In this document: one piece after another, positions 1 to 10,593 of the stretch
Layout: every line of letters begins with the position of its first letter
Position numbering within the stretch: position 1 is the stretch's first letter
Assembly (NCBI GenBank): GCA_024626585.2
Contig: JANKJI020000002.1
Coordinates: forward strand, 130,047,711-130,070,168
From: Ginkgo biloba
Lineage: Eukaryota > Plantae > Ginkgophyta
DNA: 22,458 nt
Direction: 5' to 3'
Notes under the pieces: model-generated
What the model was told of the DNA's origin: nothing
Database searches by the model: none
What the model saw: only the letters and a program-made list of their open reading frames with translations
Translations under genes and position numbers: made by a program

Positions 1-400
1 AACAATCCTTGCTTGGATTTGAACACCATATTCCAAGTGTCTTCCTCCTTTATCCAAACTTGATAATATTTGGATTTAAGGTCCAACTTCAAAAAGTACT
101 TGGCTCCTTACAATTGATCTAACAGATTATCGATTCTTGGTAAAGGATATTGATTCTTGATGGTGATCCTATTGAGCGCCCTAAATTTGGCGTACATTCT
201 CCATGTCCCATCCTTCTTGGGCATAAGCACAAGGGGTGATCCACACTAAGACACACTTGGAATGATGAATCCTTGGTCTAACAACTCTTGAATCAGTCAC
301 TTGATTTACTCACTCTCCACCAAAGAGGTTCTAAATATGTACAACATAAGATTAGGCAAATGTGAGTCTAGGAACAATTGAATATCATGCTTAATTGCTT
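1..400 (-). pseudogene. Reverse transcriptase N-terminal half of element A (nonsense-disrupted)
   Basis: Manual minus-strand translation gives HDIQLFLDSHLPN...IQELLDQGFIIPSVS*CGSPLVLMPKKDGTWRMYAKFRALNRITIKNQYPLPRIDNLLDQL*GAKYFLKLDLKSKYYQVWIKEEDTWNMVFKSKQGL. This matches the canonical gypsy RT motifs PKKDG.WRMC.DYR.LN, YPLPRID.LLD.L.GA and KLDL.SGYHQ. The YxDD motif would lie outside the window. Confidence 0.95.
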
Positions 401-639
401 GTCAGGGTGGATGAACTTGTGGCACTATGAAGACAACCTCATATTTCTTCAACTGTTGATTCAATTGGCCTTATTACCCCTCTGACAATGCCATACTAGA
501 GGAATCTTTGTTAGTGACTTTCTCCTCCAATGATGTTGATCTTACTACCAACAACATGAACTTCTTACTATAGCTAATCAACTACTTGGCCTAGTTTGTT
601 GAGATCAATGAGATCTTATCATTATCTTTATATCCATTG

Positions 640-1010
640 ATAAGGTATGATTCTCCTTCTTTAACCAACCTCTATTTTTTGGACTATCGTACGAATATAA
701 CATCATAATGCCATAAGTATGGACTACCAACAACTACCTCACACACATTGAGAGTTACTACATTACATTCCATCTAGTTGATGAAGTGGCTCAAGATACA
801 GAAATTGAACTTGCACTAGTGAGTGACCTAAAACTTGATGTATTTCTACAACTAACCCAAGGGGTACGATTCATGATGTGCAAATGTATTTGGGCCTAAC
901 TATCAGACCAATGCCTCTGAAATTAGGTTCTTTTGATTGCTTGAGTCGAAGATGGATATTACAATAGTTTTTTTATCTATATTTTCACATGGAATAACTT
1001 CTCTCTCTTC
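640..1010 (-). pseudogene. Retroviral-type aspartic protease of element A
   Basis: Translation: REKLFHVKI*IKK/IVISIFDSSNQKNLISEALV**LG...YPLG*L...CNVVTLNVCEVVVGSPYLW. The catalytic-type Asp (FDSS, for FDSG) is at 945-947. There is one frameshift in the T7 run at 968-974. Confidence 0.88.
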
Positions 1011-1946
1011 NNNNNNNNNNNNNNNNNNNNNNNNNNNNNNNNNNNACATTATTTATTTTCACAATAATAGAACATTCAACAACCTTTGCCTTTCCTTTTA
1101 CAACAATATAACATTTAGAAAACTTTGCATTTCCTATCATAGTGCATCATTTATATTTTGGTCAAACCATCAAATAAACTTTATCATTGATGTTTGACAC
1201 TCTTTCAATCTCTTTGTATTTCCTCTTAGACGACAACGATATGAGAAATATTTTGNNNNNNNNNNNNNNNNNNNNNNNNNNNNNNNNNNNNNNNNNNNNN
1301 NNNNNNNNNNNNNNNNNNNNNNNNNNNNNNNNNNNNNNNNNNNNNNNNNNNNNNNNNNNNNNNNNNNNNNNNNNNNNNNNNNNNNNNNNNNNNNNNNNNN
1401 NNNNNNNNNNNNNNNNNNNNNNNNNNNNNNNNNNNNNNNNNNNNNNNNNNNNNNNNNNNNNNNNNNNNNNNNNNNNNNNNNNNNNNNNNNNNNNNNNNNN
1501 NNNNNNNNNNNNNNNNNNNNNNNNNNNNNNNNNNNNNNNNNNNNNNNNNNNNNNNNNNNNNNNNNNNNNNNNNNNNNNNNNNNNNNNNNNNNNNNNNNNN
1601 NNNNNNNNNNNNNNNNNNNNNNNNNNNNNNNNNNNNNNNNNNNNNNNNNNNNNNNNNNNNNNNNNNNNNNNNNNNNNNNNNNNNNNNNNNNNNNNNNNNN
1701 NNNNNNNNNNNNNNNNNNNNNNNNNNNNNNNNNNNNNNNNNNNNNNNNNNNNNNNNNNNNNNNNNNNNNNNNNNNNNNNNNNNNNNNNNNNNNNNNNNNN
1801 NNNNNNNNNNNNNNNNNNNNNNNNNNNNNNNNNNNNNNNNNNNNNNNNNNNNNNNNNNNNNNNNNNNNNNNNNNNNNNNNNNNNNNNNNNNNNNNNNNNN
1901 NNNNNNNNNNNNNNNNNNNNNNNNNNNNNNNNNNNNNNNNNNNNNN

Positions 1947-2103
1947 TTTGCCTCAAATTTAAATATATTCTTGGGAGAATGGGTGTATTTTCTGTAGTAA
2001 AAGGTTTTTTTACATCAGTCTTGGAACTACTAGGTTGCTCTTGATCTCTCATTGGCATTTCTAAAATTGGATTAGTTTCCTTCTTCTCCTTTAAGCGCTT
2101 CAT
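1947..2103 (-). pseudogene. gag N-terminus of element A (most of gag falls in the N gap 1256-1946)
   Basis: ATG at 2103-2101, about 230 nt downstream of the PBS. Next to the gap an alternative frame reads IFKFEAK, which parallels IKVDTK at the start of the gag core of element B. Confidence 0.6.
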
Positions 2104-2131
2104 CTCTTATAACAACTACACAATAATCTCC

Positions 2132-2236
2132 ACATTGGACTCTAAATTATAGAATCTTGTCAAACTCTATAATTTAGAGTCCAATGTAGAGTTTGACAAA
2201 TGGTGATTACACAATAATCACCATTTGTCAAACTCT
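2132..2236. repeat. Two abutting perfect 22-bp inverted repeats
   Basis: 2132-2153 acattggactctaaattataga pairs with 2166-2187 (12-nt loop). 2188-2209 agagtttgacaaatggtgatta pairs with 2215-2236 (5-nt loop). Read directly from the sequence. Confidence 0.97.
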
Positions 2237-2334
2237 TGGGATTCTCTCACTCATTAACCCTAACAACAAAGGCTCTCCACTAGAGGAATAATTGCTTGTA
2301 GCTTTTACCATTCAACACAAGCTTAGGAACTTGT

Positions 2335-2346
2335 GCTAAAATACCA
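2335..2346 (-). other. Degenerate primer binding site (tRNA-iMet type) of element A
   Basis: Minus strand TGGTATTTTAGC versus canonical TGGTATCAGAGC (9/12), lying 3 nt from a ...ATCA LTR-like terminus at 2350 and upstream of gag. Confidence 0.7.
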
Positions 2347-2349
2347 ATT

Positions 2350-3581
2350 TGATCTATATTTTAGTGGACAAGTCAAAATTTTGTAATGTTACTAGCTACA
2401 GATTCTTTGAGTTAGTTTTATATTTAAAACACAATGTTTAAAAGTGCATGCAATCTTATGAGCTTCAATTTTGGAAGAAGTCAAGGGAAAATAGAAACTG
2501 GTCACATACACAGTGACATAAGATTTTTAACTAGAGAAACCCTCTAGGGAAATAAAACTTCAGAATACATAAAAAAAATTAGGTCAGCCAAGGTTTAAAT
2601 CAACTGAGCCTATGCCTTTGTTCATGAGATGCTGCTCACAGGACTTTGTACAATAAAAACCATATTTTCCCCTAATAGTCAGTGTGAAGTTAGTTCCCAT
2701 CCTCTAATATCTCTCCTACATTATGTTTTTGGAAAAAACTTGATTGGCTTCCTTGTTCTCTGAGTCGCTCTTTGCTCCTTGACCTCTCTAATTATTCCTT
2801 CTATTACCCTTTTTCCTCAAGCGTCGCTTCAATTCCATAACTGCTCAAAGTAGTTGAATTGTCTCATAACTGAATTATCATTTTGTATCTTCATCGTTTG
2901 TGTCTTCATCGAAGTGAGTTTTCCCTTTTTCCTCTATGTCAGAATGAGACTTCTTTTTGTCTCTATCATAATGAGACTCTCTCTCGCCAAGACAAAGAGA
3001 TTGATTTCTCCCTGGCTTCCTCTCTCTTTTGGTGCTCAACCTTTAAACACACAAATTTCCTTATACATCTTCCATCGACAATGATGGTCCTATCGTTACA
3101 CCANNNNNNNNNNNNNNNNNNNNNNNNNNNNNNNNNNNNNNNNNNNNNNNNNNNNNNNNNNNNNNNNNNNNNNNNNNNNNNNNNNNNNNNNNNNNNNNNN
3201 NNNTCAAAAGGTGTACAATAGCTCACTGACTTATAATTAATGACATATTACTATTAAGGGTCTTGATACTTGTAAAGTAGGGACTCCTTGGTCTCTTTAT
3301 AACACTTCTTATAACTCCTCGGCTTGTCATTGCATAATACACCAATAGCAAGTCAACTATGTTTCGATGACGAAGTCTGCATGTGTGGGTGCAATTACTT
3401 CGTGGGAGAGAGTACCCACTGCAGATAGCCAAAAATAAAAAAATGTTATTATTTTTTATTATTTTTGGTCTTAGAACATCTCCAGTCACCTCGCAGGGCC
3501 TTAATATGAGTCAAAACATTGGTCTACCTGTAGGTAGCCAGAATTCATGACTCATTAAATGATAAAATTCATTAATCATCA
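2350..3581 (-). repeat. Putative 5' LTR of element A; the far boundary is a guess
   Basis: Begins TGAT on the plus strand next to the PBS, as CRM-type LTR termini do. It is non-coding and has an aaaccc...gggaaataaaact motif near 2537-2560. A CATCA ending at 3581 is only one candidate end, and no second LTR copy is in the window. Confidence 0.35.
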
Positions 3582-4513
3582 CACATGATGCTAATATTTG
3601 ACCATATGATCACTCTTAGATGAAGGAAAATAAATTTTACATACACTTGCTTTTTCAAAAATAAAAAATGACTACCAGAGACTCGAAAAAAAAAGGTTAA
3701 CCACTTTCTTCCACATGATCGAGGGCTAAGTGTTTTAAGCACTTTTTGATTTTTTATTTTACTGAGCATAAAAATTTAGAAAAATTAAAAAATTTTGAAT
3801 TTTTTTTATCAATAAGAATTGGCATCATGTGGTCAATTCGTCTCCTGAACTCGAACACGAATCGATTTGGTGTCTTCTCCTGTAGCTTTTCATCTCACAG
3901 TGGCTCAAATGGCCACATTCGTTGTCCCAGGTGGTCTCTATGCAGTGTATGCTCTCCCGCAACAGCATCTACCTCCACGTTCCTCCCTCATGTGGCAACT
4001 CTCGGCTCCCATAGCACGACTCACAACATAGGTGAGCAATTTTATATCGCTNNNNNNNNNNNNNNNNNNNNNNNNNNNNNNNNNNNATCGACAACTACCA
4101 TATGTAACCCATCACTACAATCTTCAATAGTTCTCTACCATTTTTACCTCCTGAACAGTGTTGGGCCTCCATCGCAGACCACAGAACTCTATATCGTCCA
4201 CTTTACACTGTTCATTCTCCCACATATTTCACGAAGCCAAGTGTTCTTCACAGTGATTTCTTATAGAGATATCCTAAACTGTAGCCATGTACTCTCTCCT
4301 TACACAGAAAACATGATGGATTTACTATCGAATTCATAGGCTTCATAGCCAACAACAAGAATAAACCTCTTAGACATTGGACAATACTTTTAATTAACAA
4401 ACAAGCACAAAAAACGATCACAAATTTGTTTAACTCACAAGTTAAGTTTAAGAATTAATCTTAAAACTAAATTCATAATTCCTTCAAAGTTCATGCTAAG
4501 GAATTATCCCTCA

Positions 4514-4758
4514 TCTCTAATACCAAATGGTAAAACATGTAATCAAAATTGATCCAATCTCATAAATTGAACAAGCATAAACAAAAACAAGTTATAGGTA
4601 GAATTGGTCTACCATGACCTTCATATTGCTCTTTCGATAAATGTACAAGACTTGTTACATGAATATATATAGAAGAGGTATTGCAATTGACATTTTTAAA
4701 CATGACACTTATCCACTAACTCCTGTCAGGTGTCACCCTAGGGATTGACCCTTCAACA
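4514..4758 (-). mobile_element. Putative short LTR (4528-4758) plus tRNA-iMet PBS (4514-4525) of another LTR element
   Basis: Plus strand tctctaatacca versus gctctgatacca (10/12), followed after 2 nt by TG. The segment ends in ttcaaca (TGTTGAA on the minus strand). I recognised no coding remnant downstream. Confidence 0.4.
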
Positions 4759-5769
4759 ACTCACCTCTTCTCTAATTTAATATTACAATAAATAATTGAC
4801 CTTATAACATTAGGTTATAAGTTGGGACATGTAAACATTAAATATTCTAAGAAATTAGATCTCTAGAATATTTGTAACTTTATTATCTTTGTGGATNNNN
4901 NNNNNNNNNNNNNNNNNNNNNNNNNNNNNNNNNNNNNNNNNNNNNNNNNNNNNNNNNNNNNNNNNNNNNNNNNNNNNNNNNNNNNNNNNNNNNNNNNNNN
5001 NNNNNNNNNNNNNNNNNNNNNNNNNNNNNNNNNNNNNNNNNNNNNNNNNNNNNNNNNNNNNNNNNNNNNNNNNNNNNNNNNNNNNNNNNNNNNNNNNNNN
5101 NNNNNNNNNNNNNNNNNNNNNNNNNNNNNNNNNNNNNNNNNNNNNNNNNNNNNNNNNNNNNNNNNNNNNNNNNNNNNNNNNNNNNNNNNNNNNNNNNNNN
5201 NNNNNNNNNNNNNNNNNNNNNNNNNNNNNNNNNNNNNNNNNNNNNNNNNNNNNNNNNNNNNNNNNNNNNNNNNNNNNNNNNNNNNNNNNNNNNNNNNNNN
5301 NNNNNNNNNNNNNNNNNNNNNNNNNNNNNNNNNNNNNNNNNNNNNNNNNNNNNNNNNNNNNNNNNNNNNNNNNNNNNNNNNNNNNNNNNNNNNNNNNNNN
5401 NNNNNNNNNNNNNNNNNNNNNNNNNNNNNNNNNNNNNNNNNNNNNNNNNNNNNNNNNNNNNNNNNNNNNNNNNNNNNNNNNNACTTCTTTTGAATTTTGA
5501 TAATGTTGATGATATGACACATTCGCCATTGAATAGTATCTTCTTATCCTGTTTACTAATAACTTTGCAAGACACTCTTTATTCTCTTACATAAACTAGT
5601 TTAACTTCTTTTAAATATCTTTTAATATACCTTATAACTTATAAATAAGATTTTAATTTAATTTAGCATCTTCTAAAATATATGCTTAATTTATTTTTTT
5701 CATAAAACTTTAAAAGTTGAATTATTTATTTTTTTTGTTGTTATGATACGGCGCGACTGTGCGGGCGAA

Positions 5770-6771
5770 TGAATTTAGGTTTGAATTTGAACAGTGATAG
5801 TTTTTGGATGGTGACGTTGCAAGCAAAATGAAGTTTAGGATGGAAGGGCATAGGAAGGCACAAAATGGGTGATGGTAGGGTACACAAGGCGACAAGGTGG
5901 CACCAAGTAAGGGGCACAAGTTTGTGAGTGTTCTAGGGATGTCAAGGATACGAGAGCAATGATGACCAAGAGGGAAGCTGGGTCTCATAGGGGTGACAAT
6001 AATATGGTTTTGAGGAAAAGCAGAGAGGGATGATGAAAAGGAAGGAACAATAGTGATGAACAATTTAACCAAGATGAACATGATGGAGATAGGATAGAAC
6101 ACGTCTACTTTAGTAGAACATGGATGGACAATAAGGATTATATGGGATAGAAACAATGGCATATGTTGATGGGAGGAACAAACATGGAGATTAAGTGTTT
6201 TTGGAAATAGAGTGAGAAGATAAAGTTGGTTAGGGTGCACACAATTAAAAATAGAGGAAATGATACAAAATATATGGATGCATTAGATATAAGGATGTGA
6301 TGAATAGAATGGGATATTGGAACAGTAAAAATAGGAATATATGAAATAGGTATGGAAAAATTTTAAAAAGGGAATAGGCTAGATGGTAGAATCACTACCC
6401 TGATACCACTAGGAGTAGACTTTGTAGCTGACTCTAGAGATGGATGCTTAGAAGAAGAAGATATTTGAAGATTAAAATATAGAAATGATTCAATAATATT
6501 CAATGTGATGTCATATAACCATATAGTATTGACTTATATATACGCACATCCTAGTGTTACTATGAATATGCACCTTTTTATTGATGACCTATCATTAATA
6601 CTAATTAGTTATTTATTATTACTAACCATTATCCTAACTACTAACATAACCATTTGATTGATTAACATATTAATTAGGTATATTACCATATGTTAGTATA
6701 TTGAATTCTAGGGTGGCTCCTTAGGTGGTGTATCTATATTTTATATTCCTATATTACTAGGCTTAACATCA
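5770..6771 (-). mobile_element. Truncated LTR element: LTR (about 6410-6771), PBS (6397-6408) and pyrimidine-rich leader
   Basis: Plus strand accctgatacca (10/12 to the iMet PBS complement). The AT-rich block ends in aacatca at 6771 (TGATG on the minus strand). Base composition changes sharply at the PBS. Confidence 0.55.
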
Positions 6772-6917
6772 TTGCTCATCTACTGGTTGAATCTTTAAAT
6801 ATAAAACTTGTAGTTGCCATGATACAAATGTAGTAGATGCAAGTTATGATGAAAACATTATAGTTTCCACCCATAACTACACCTTGGGATTCTAGTTTAT
6901 TACAAGGATTGGGAGCG

Positions 6918-7440
6918 ATTAAGGTGGACACAAAATTAGAGATAAAGGTTTTTAAATAAGACCATAGATGTAAAACATTTGGATGATTGGATCCAATATT
7001 TAGAGGCTCATTCTAGTATCCAAAGATTCATGAATCTTCATAAAATTAACTTTTCCAAATTAAGGATGGTCAGATATGCCTTGTCTTGGTGGAAGTATTA
7101 CATACTTCAAATAGGAAATCCATAGGTTACTACATGGGATCAATTGAGGATGTTTCTTAAGAGCAAGTTCTACCCACTTAGATATATGATCTAGCTCTAC
7201 AAAAAGTGGTAATAGTTGAAGTAGGGAAAGAACCAAACTATGGAGGAGTATATAGACACCTTCCACAAGATGGAAATCAATCTCAACATATAGTAAGCTA
7301 AGGATAAAGTGGTATTAAAGTTCTTCGGAGGTATACAGACCACTATTTTAAAAGATCTTGATTTATTTAAGATTCTCACATTATATAGAGATTATCACTT
7401 TGCATTCAAGATCAAGGAACAATTGGAAAATAAACCATTA
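6918..7440 (+). pseudogene. Retrotransposon gag (capsid-like domain) of element B, CRM/IFG-like
   Basis: Translation: IKVDTKLEIKVF/TIDVKHLDDWIQYLEAH...KINFSKLRMVRYALSWWKYY...VTTWDQLRMFLKSKFYPLRY...LK*GKNQTMEEYIDTFHKM...VVLKFFGGI. It contains the A..WW, TW..L...L...F.P and Q(G)..Q.V.EY...F gag motifs, with one frameshift near 6957-6960 and several stops. Confidence 0.9.
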
Positions 7441-7722
7441 CCAAAGGATAATAAGAAATATGAGATAATTAAATGTCCTAAAGGCATCTAATACAAGACA
7501 AAGATATTGCGAGGAAATGTTTTTAAATCTAGTTATAGGTATTATAAGGTAAAAGGATAGCCTGGTGATAATTTTTGGTTGAAGAAGAAGGATAGGAGCC
7601 TTACTATAGAGGAAGACCAAGGAAGAATACATAAAAATATACTTGAAGCATCCATACTAGATGATTACCTAAACATGTTATTAAATTTATTAGTGAAGGA
7701 AACCCCACTGAGGGTTAAGTAA

Positions 7723-8095
7723 GAAAGGAAGGAGTTATGACATGTAATAATCTAGTTCAAATAGTATCTTGTATATTCCTTATTTTATGTAAGTAGCTAA
7801 AATAGTTTGGTTGTATAGTCCTTGGTGAAGTCCCTTAATCTTGAAACATTTTGACATCTACAACCCTATGAAATGTTTTGGTTGGATGAAGCTCATAAGT
7901 TCACAGTAACTGAGTAGTGTAAGGTAATATTTTCTATTACATATTCCTTAATTGATTAGGTTATATGTGCCATAGTTCCAATATATTATGTTAGTTTTAT
8001 CTTTAGGAGTCTTTACTTGTACGATCAAGATGTCATATTCTATAGGTAAATGAATAGATACAAGGTGATTAAGGGAAACATACACTAGAAAATCA
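7723..8095 (+). pseudogene. Aspartic protease remnant of element B, in the same frame as its gag; truncated before RT
   Basis: Translation: ERKEL*HVII*FK*YLVYSLFYVSS*NSLVV*SLVKSLNLETF*HLQPYEMFWL...VTE*CKVIFSIT...D*VICAIVP...IFRSLYLYDQDVIFYR. It aligns colinearly with the element A protease, and the catalytic Asp position reads Tyr. Confidence 0.85.
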
Positions 8096-8120
8096 TATCT
8101 TTACGAAAACATCATAATTC

Positions 8121-9110
8121 TACCCTACTGTCACAAGAAAAGGAACCCCACATATCTTTGTTTGCAGGGTGGGAGAAAGGATAAGGTAACATTGTAGACA
8201 TCTAAATAGAAAGTCAAATGCATACTACCACATAAGATATGGGACCATGAGGCATCATCTTCAACATAGCTTGTTATATATTATCAACCTAGGGATAAAT
8301 AAGTAATAGAGAAATTATTCACTAAAGGGTAGAAAGCGATGCACCATCAAGTGCGCACATACACACACTAAGAAGGAGGTCATAAGATTAATACCCTTTA
8401 AAGGTCATATGGCCTTGATTTAAATGAGGGGATATGACCAAAGGATAAAATTATACACATTAATTTACTTTATATATGAACATATACTTAACTTATTTAT
8501 CCTATCTCAAATCAAGCATTTTTCTTATGTTGGTTTTCTCCTAAATTAGTAACATGCCAATCCACACAAGAGGACTCCNNNNNNNNNNNNNNNNNNNNNN
8601 NNNNNNNNNNNNNNNNNNNNNNNNNNNNNNNNNNNNNNNNNNNNNNNNNNNNNNNNNNNNNNNNNNNNNNNNNNNNNNATACCCTACCACCATAAGCAAA
8701 GGATGAATATATATCTTTATTTATGGGTGGGATAAAGTAAAAGGTGGCACCACATAAATTTATACAGTAGGCCAAGTACATACTACCATATAAGAGATAG
8801 GACCATGGTGTGTCATCCTCAACACAATTTGTTATAAATTATTGACCCAGGAGTCAACAAGTAATGGGGACCATTTCTACCTAAGGGGGGCAAGAAGTGA
8901 TATGCCATTAGGTATACACATTGAGTAGTATATTATATGATTAGCACCCTTTAGAGGTGACATGTGCTTGATTCATGAGAGGGGTTATGACTAAAAGGGA
9001 AAAAGTGTGCACACATTCTTTCCTAATTTATCCTTAGAATTGGAGCTCTTACTATATTTATCTTTTCTCCTAGATTGGAAACATGCGTATAGACACAAGA
9101 TGAAAAGTCC
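8121..9110. repeat. Diverged tandem duplication: copy 1 at 8121-8578, copy 2 at 8680-9110
   Basis: Shared colinear anchors: taccctac, atatcttt, gggtggga, catactacca, ggaccatg, acccttta, ttttctccta, acacaaga. The copies are separated by an N gap. Confidence 0.88.
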
Positions 9111-10593
9111 TACTTGTAGAAACATGTATGGAATTGATATTATTGAATAGAGATGCTTTTTGTGAACCTAGTTTAGATATAAAAGTAGACATAGGCCATG
9201 AGAGACATATACATGTATACACCTTGATATTCACATACTTGTGCATGGATAATATTTTAAGAGATTACTCTTGTATTTTATAAGAGATATTATCAATATA
9301 AATCATACTTTATTTTGTCCATATCAGTATTTTAGATTATCTTACACTTGAAGGTTTTCTCACTTCGCCATGTGTCCAGTTGAGCGTGAGTCTATACTTT
9401 CTTTATATGTTTCACTATTATAGGGAAAATATACAGTGCCATACGGAAAACATGTGGCGATGAATAGGAAAATGTGTGATGCACTAAAGAAAAGGTATGA
9501 TTCTTAGGGAAAAGATGTGTAATATAATAAAGACCTAACAATAGAACATTCTAAGAGAACCCAACTCTATACATAGTATAGTATGATAGATTGTAGGCTT
9601 ATTATGGTACAATATCTTCTTACATCGATATAACATCCTAGCGGTGACATATATGTAACCATTGCTATATTATTTTGAATAATAATTATATAATATACAA
9701 GCAAGGTTACATTGCTTTGTATATAGTTAATGCTTGTAGAGGGAACTCAATCCCATATTCTTTTTCCTAGATCTTGTTAGATTTATAAATTATCTCATGG
9801 CAATTCATTTTGACACTTGCACAAACAACATCACCAAGTGTATTACCTTGTTTAGGGATTTAAATGTTAGACTGAGAGAGGGGTTGAGAATATTTAAATC
9901 CAATTTGATCCCCTATTAATGTGTAATCAACTTTATGATGTCTAGTTTATGAAGAGTGAGGGCCTTAACGAATAATATAAACAAACTTATGAATTAGTTG
10001 GGAGTATTAAATTTTTATTTTTATTTTTTTACATTATCTAGTCTCTCGATACAATACATATGCAGACTAGATAAGGACTATGTAGACCAGATGGTTGTCT
10101 CAATATGAAACTAAGAATCATCTCAATTTTTTATTCAAAGCCTTACATTACTCTCCTCAAATCAAACTCTAAATCTGATACTAAATCTGAACGAGGCTTA
10201 ATATCACCCCCTCATTGTCCTTTATGTAGTTCGTTTGATTTATCTTAGGATCTTACATAGTCTACACCCAATTTACTTCTAAATCATATACTTAGAGCTA
10301 GTTGCAAACTTTAGCGCTTACCATATAAATTTGGACCATTGCCTTTTCCTAGATCTTGATAACTATATATATACCCTTTACCACCAACCTCCCAAAAAGT
10401 AGGATCATCCTCTTCTCCTCCTCCTTTAACTAATTTAGAAATCATCCTTCCTCCACCAAATTCACAAATAGTTCCATCTATGGTCACTTCAATAAATCCG
10501 TTAGTCCTTATGGTTATTTCTCCCCCTACCTAGATGTCAATTCCCATAGTAATGCCTACCACTCTTTAGTTGATATCTCATATTTTTCTATTA

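Larger units (their letters stand above)
1..2350 (-). mobile_element. Element A: degenerate Ty3/gypsy LTR retrotransposon, chromovirus lineage (CRM/IFG-like), internal region; runs off the left edge of the window
   Basis: On the minus strand the order is LTR end, PBS (2335-2346), gag start (2103), N gap, protease, RT. This is the gypsy domain order. Domain translations are given in the sub-features. Confidence 0.92.

Noticed and set aside
2117-2236. CRISPR-like array, MITE or miRNA precursor
   Set aside because: There is no repeat-spacer periodicity and no TIR pair with a target-site duplication. The stems are short, perfect and explained by local copying, and there is no expression evidence.
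3431-3810. A-rich/T-rich inverted repeats as transposon TIRs
   Set aside because: Low-complexity homopolymer pairing that is expected by chance at this AT content.
3746-4339. 197-aa plus-strand ORF
   Set aside because: It has a non-ATG start, spans a gap, begins in a low-complexity A/T tract and shows no recognisable motif.
5722-6240. 172-aa minus-strand ORF as a host gene
   Set aside because: It has a non-ATG start, no recognisable domain, and low-complexity composition explained by strand skew. It lies directly behind a PBS.
8193-8206. TGTAGACATCTAAA as the 5' LTR start of element C, with an upstream purine tract as a PPT
   Set aside because: Both lie inside copy 1 of the tandem duplication, which starts at or before 8121, and the TGTAGAC is not retained in copy 2. 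No matching 3' LTR or target-site duplication was found.
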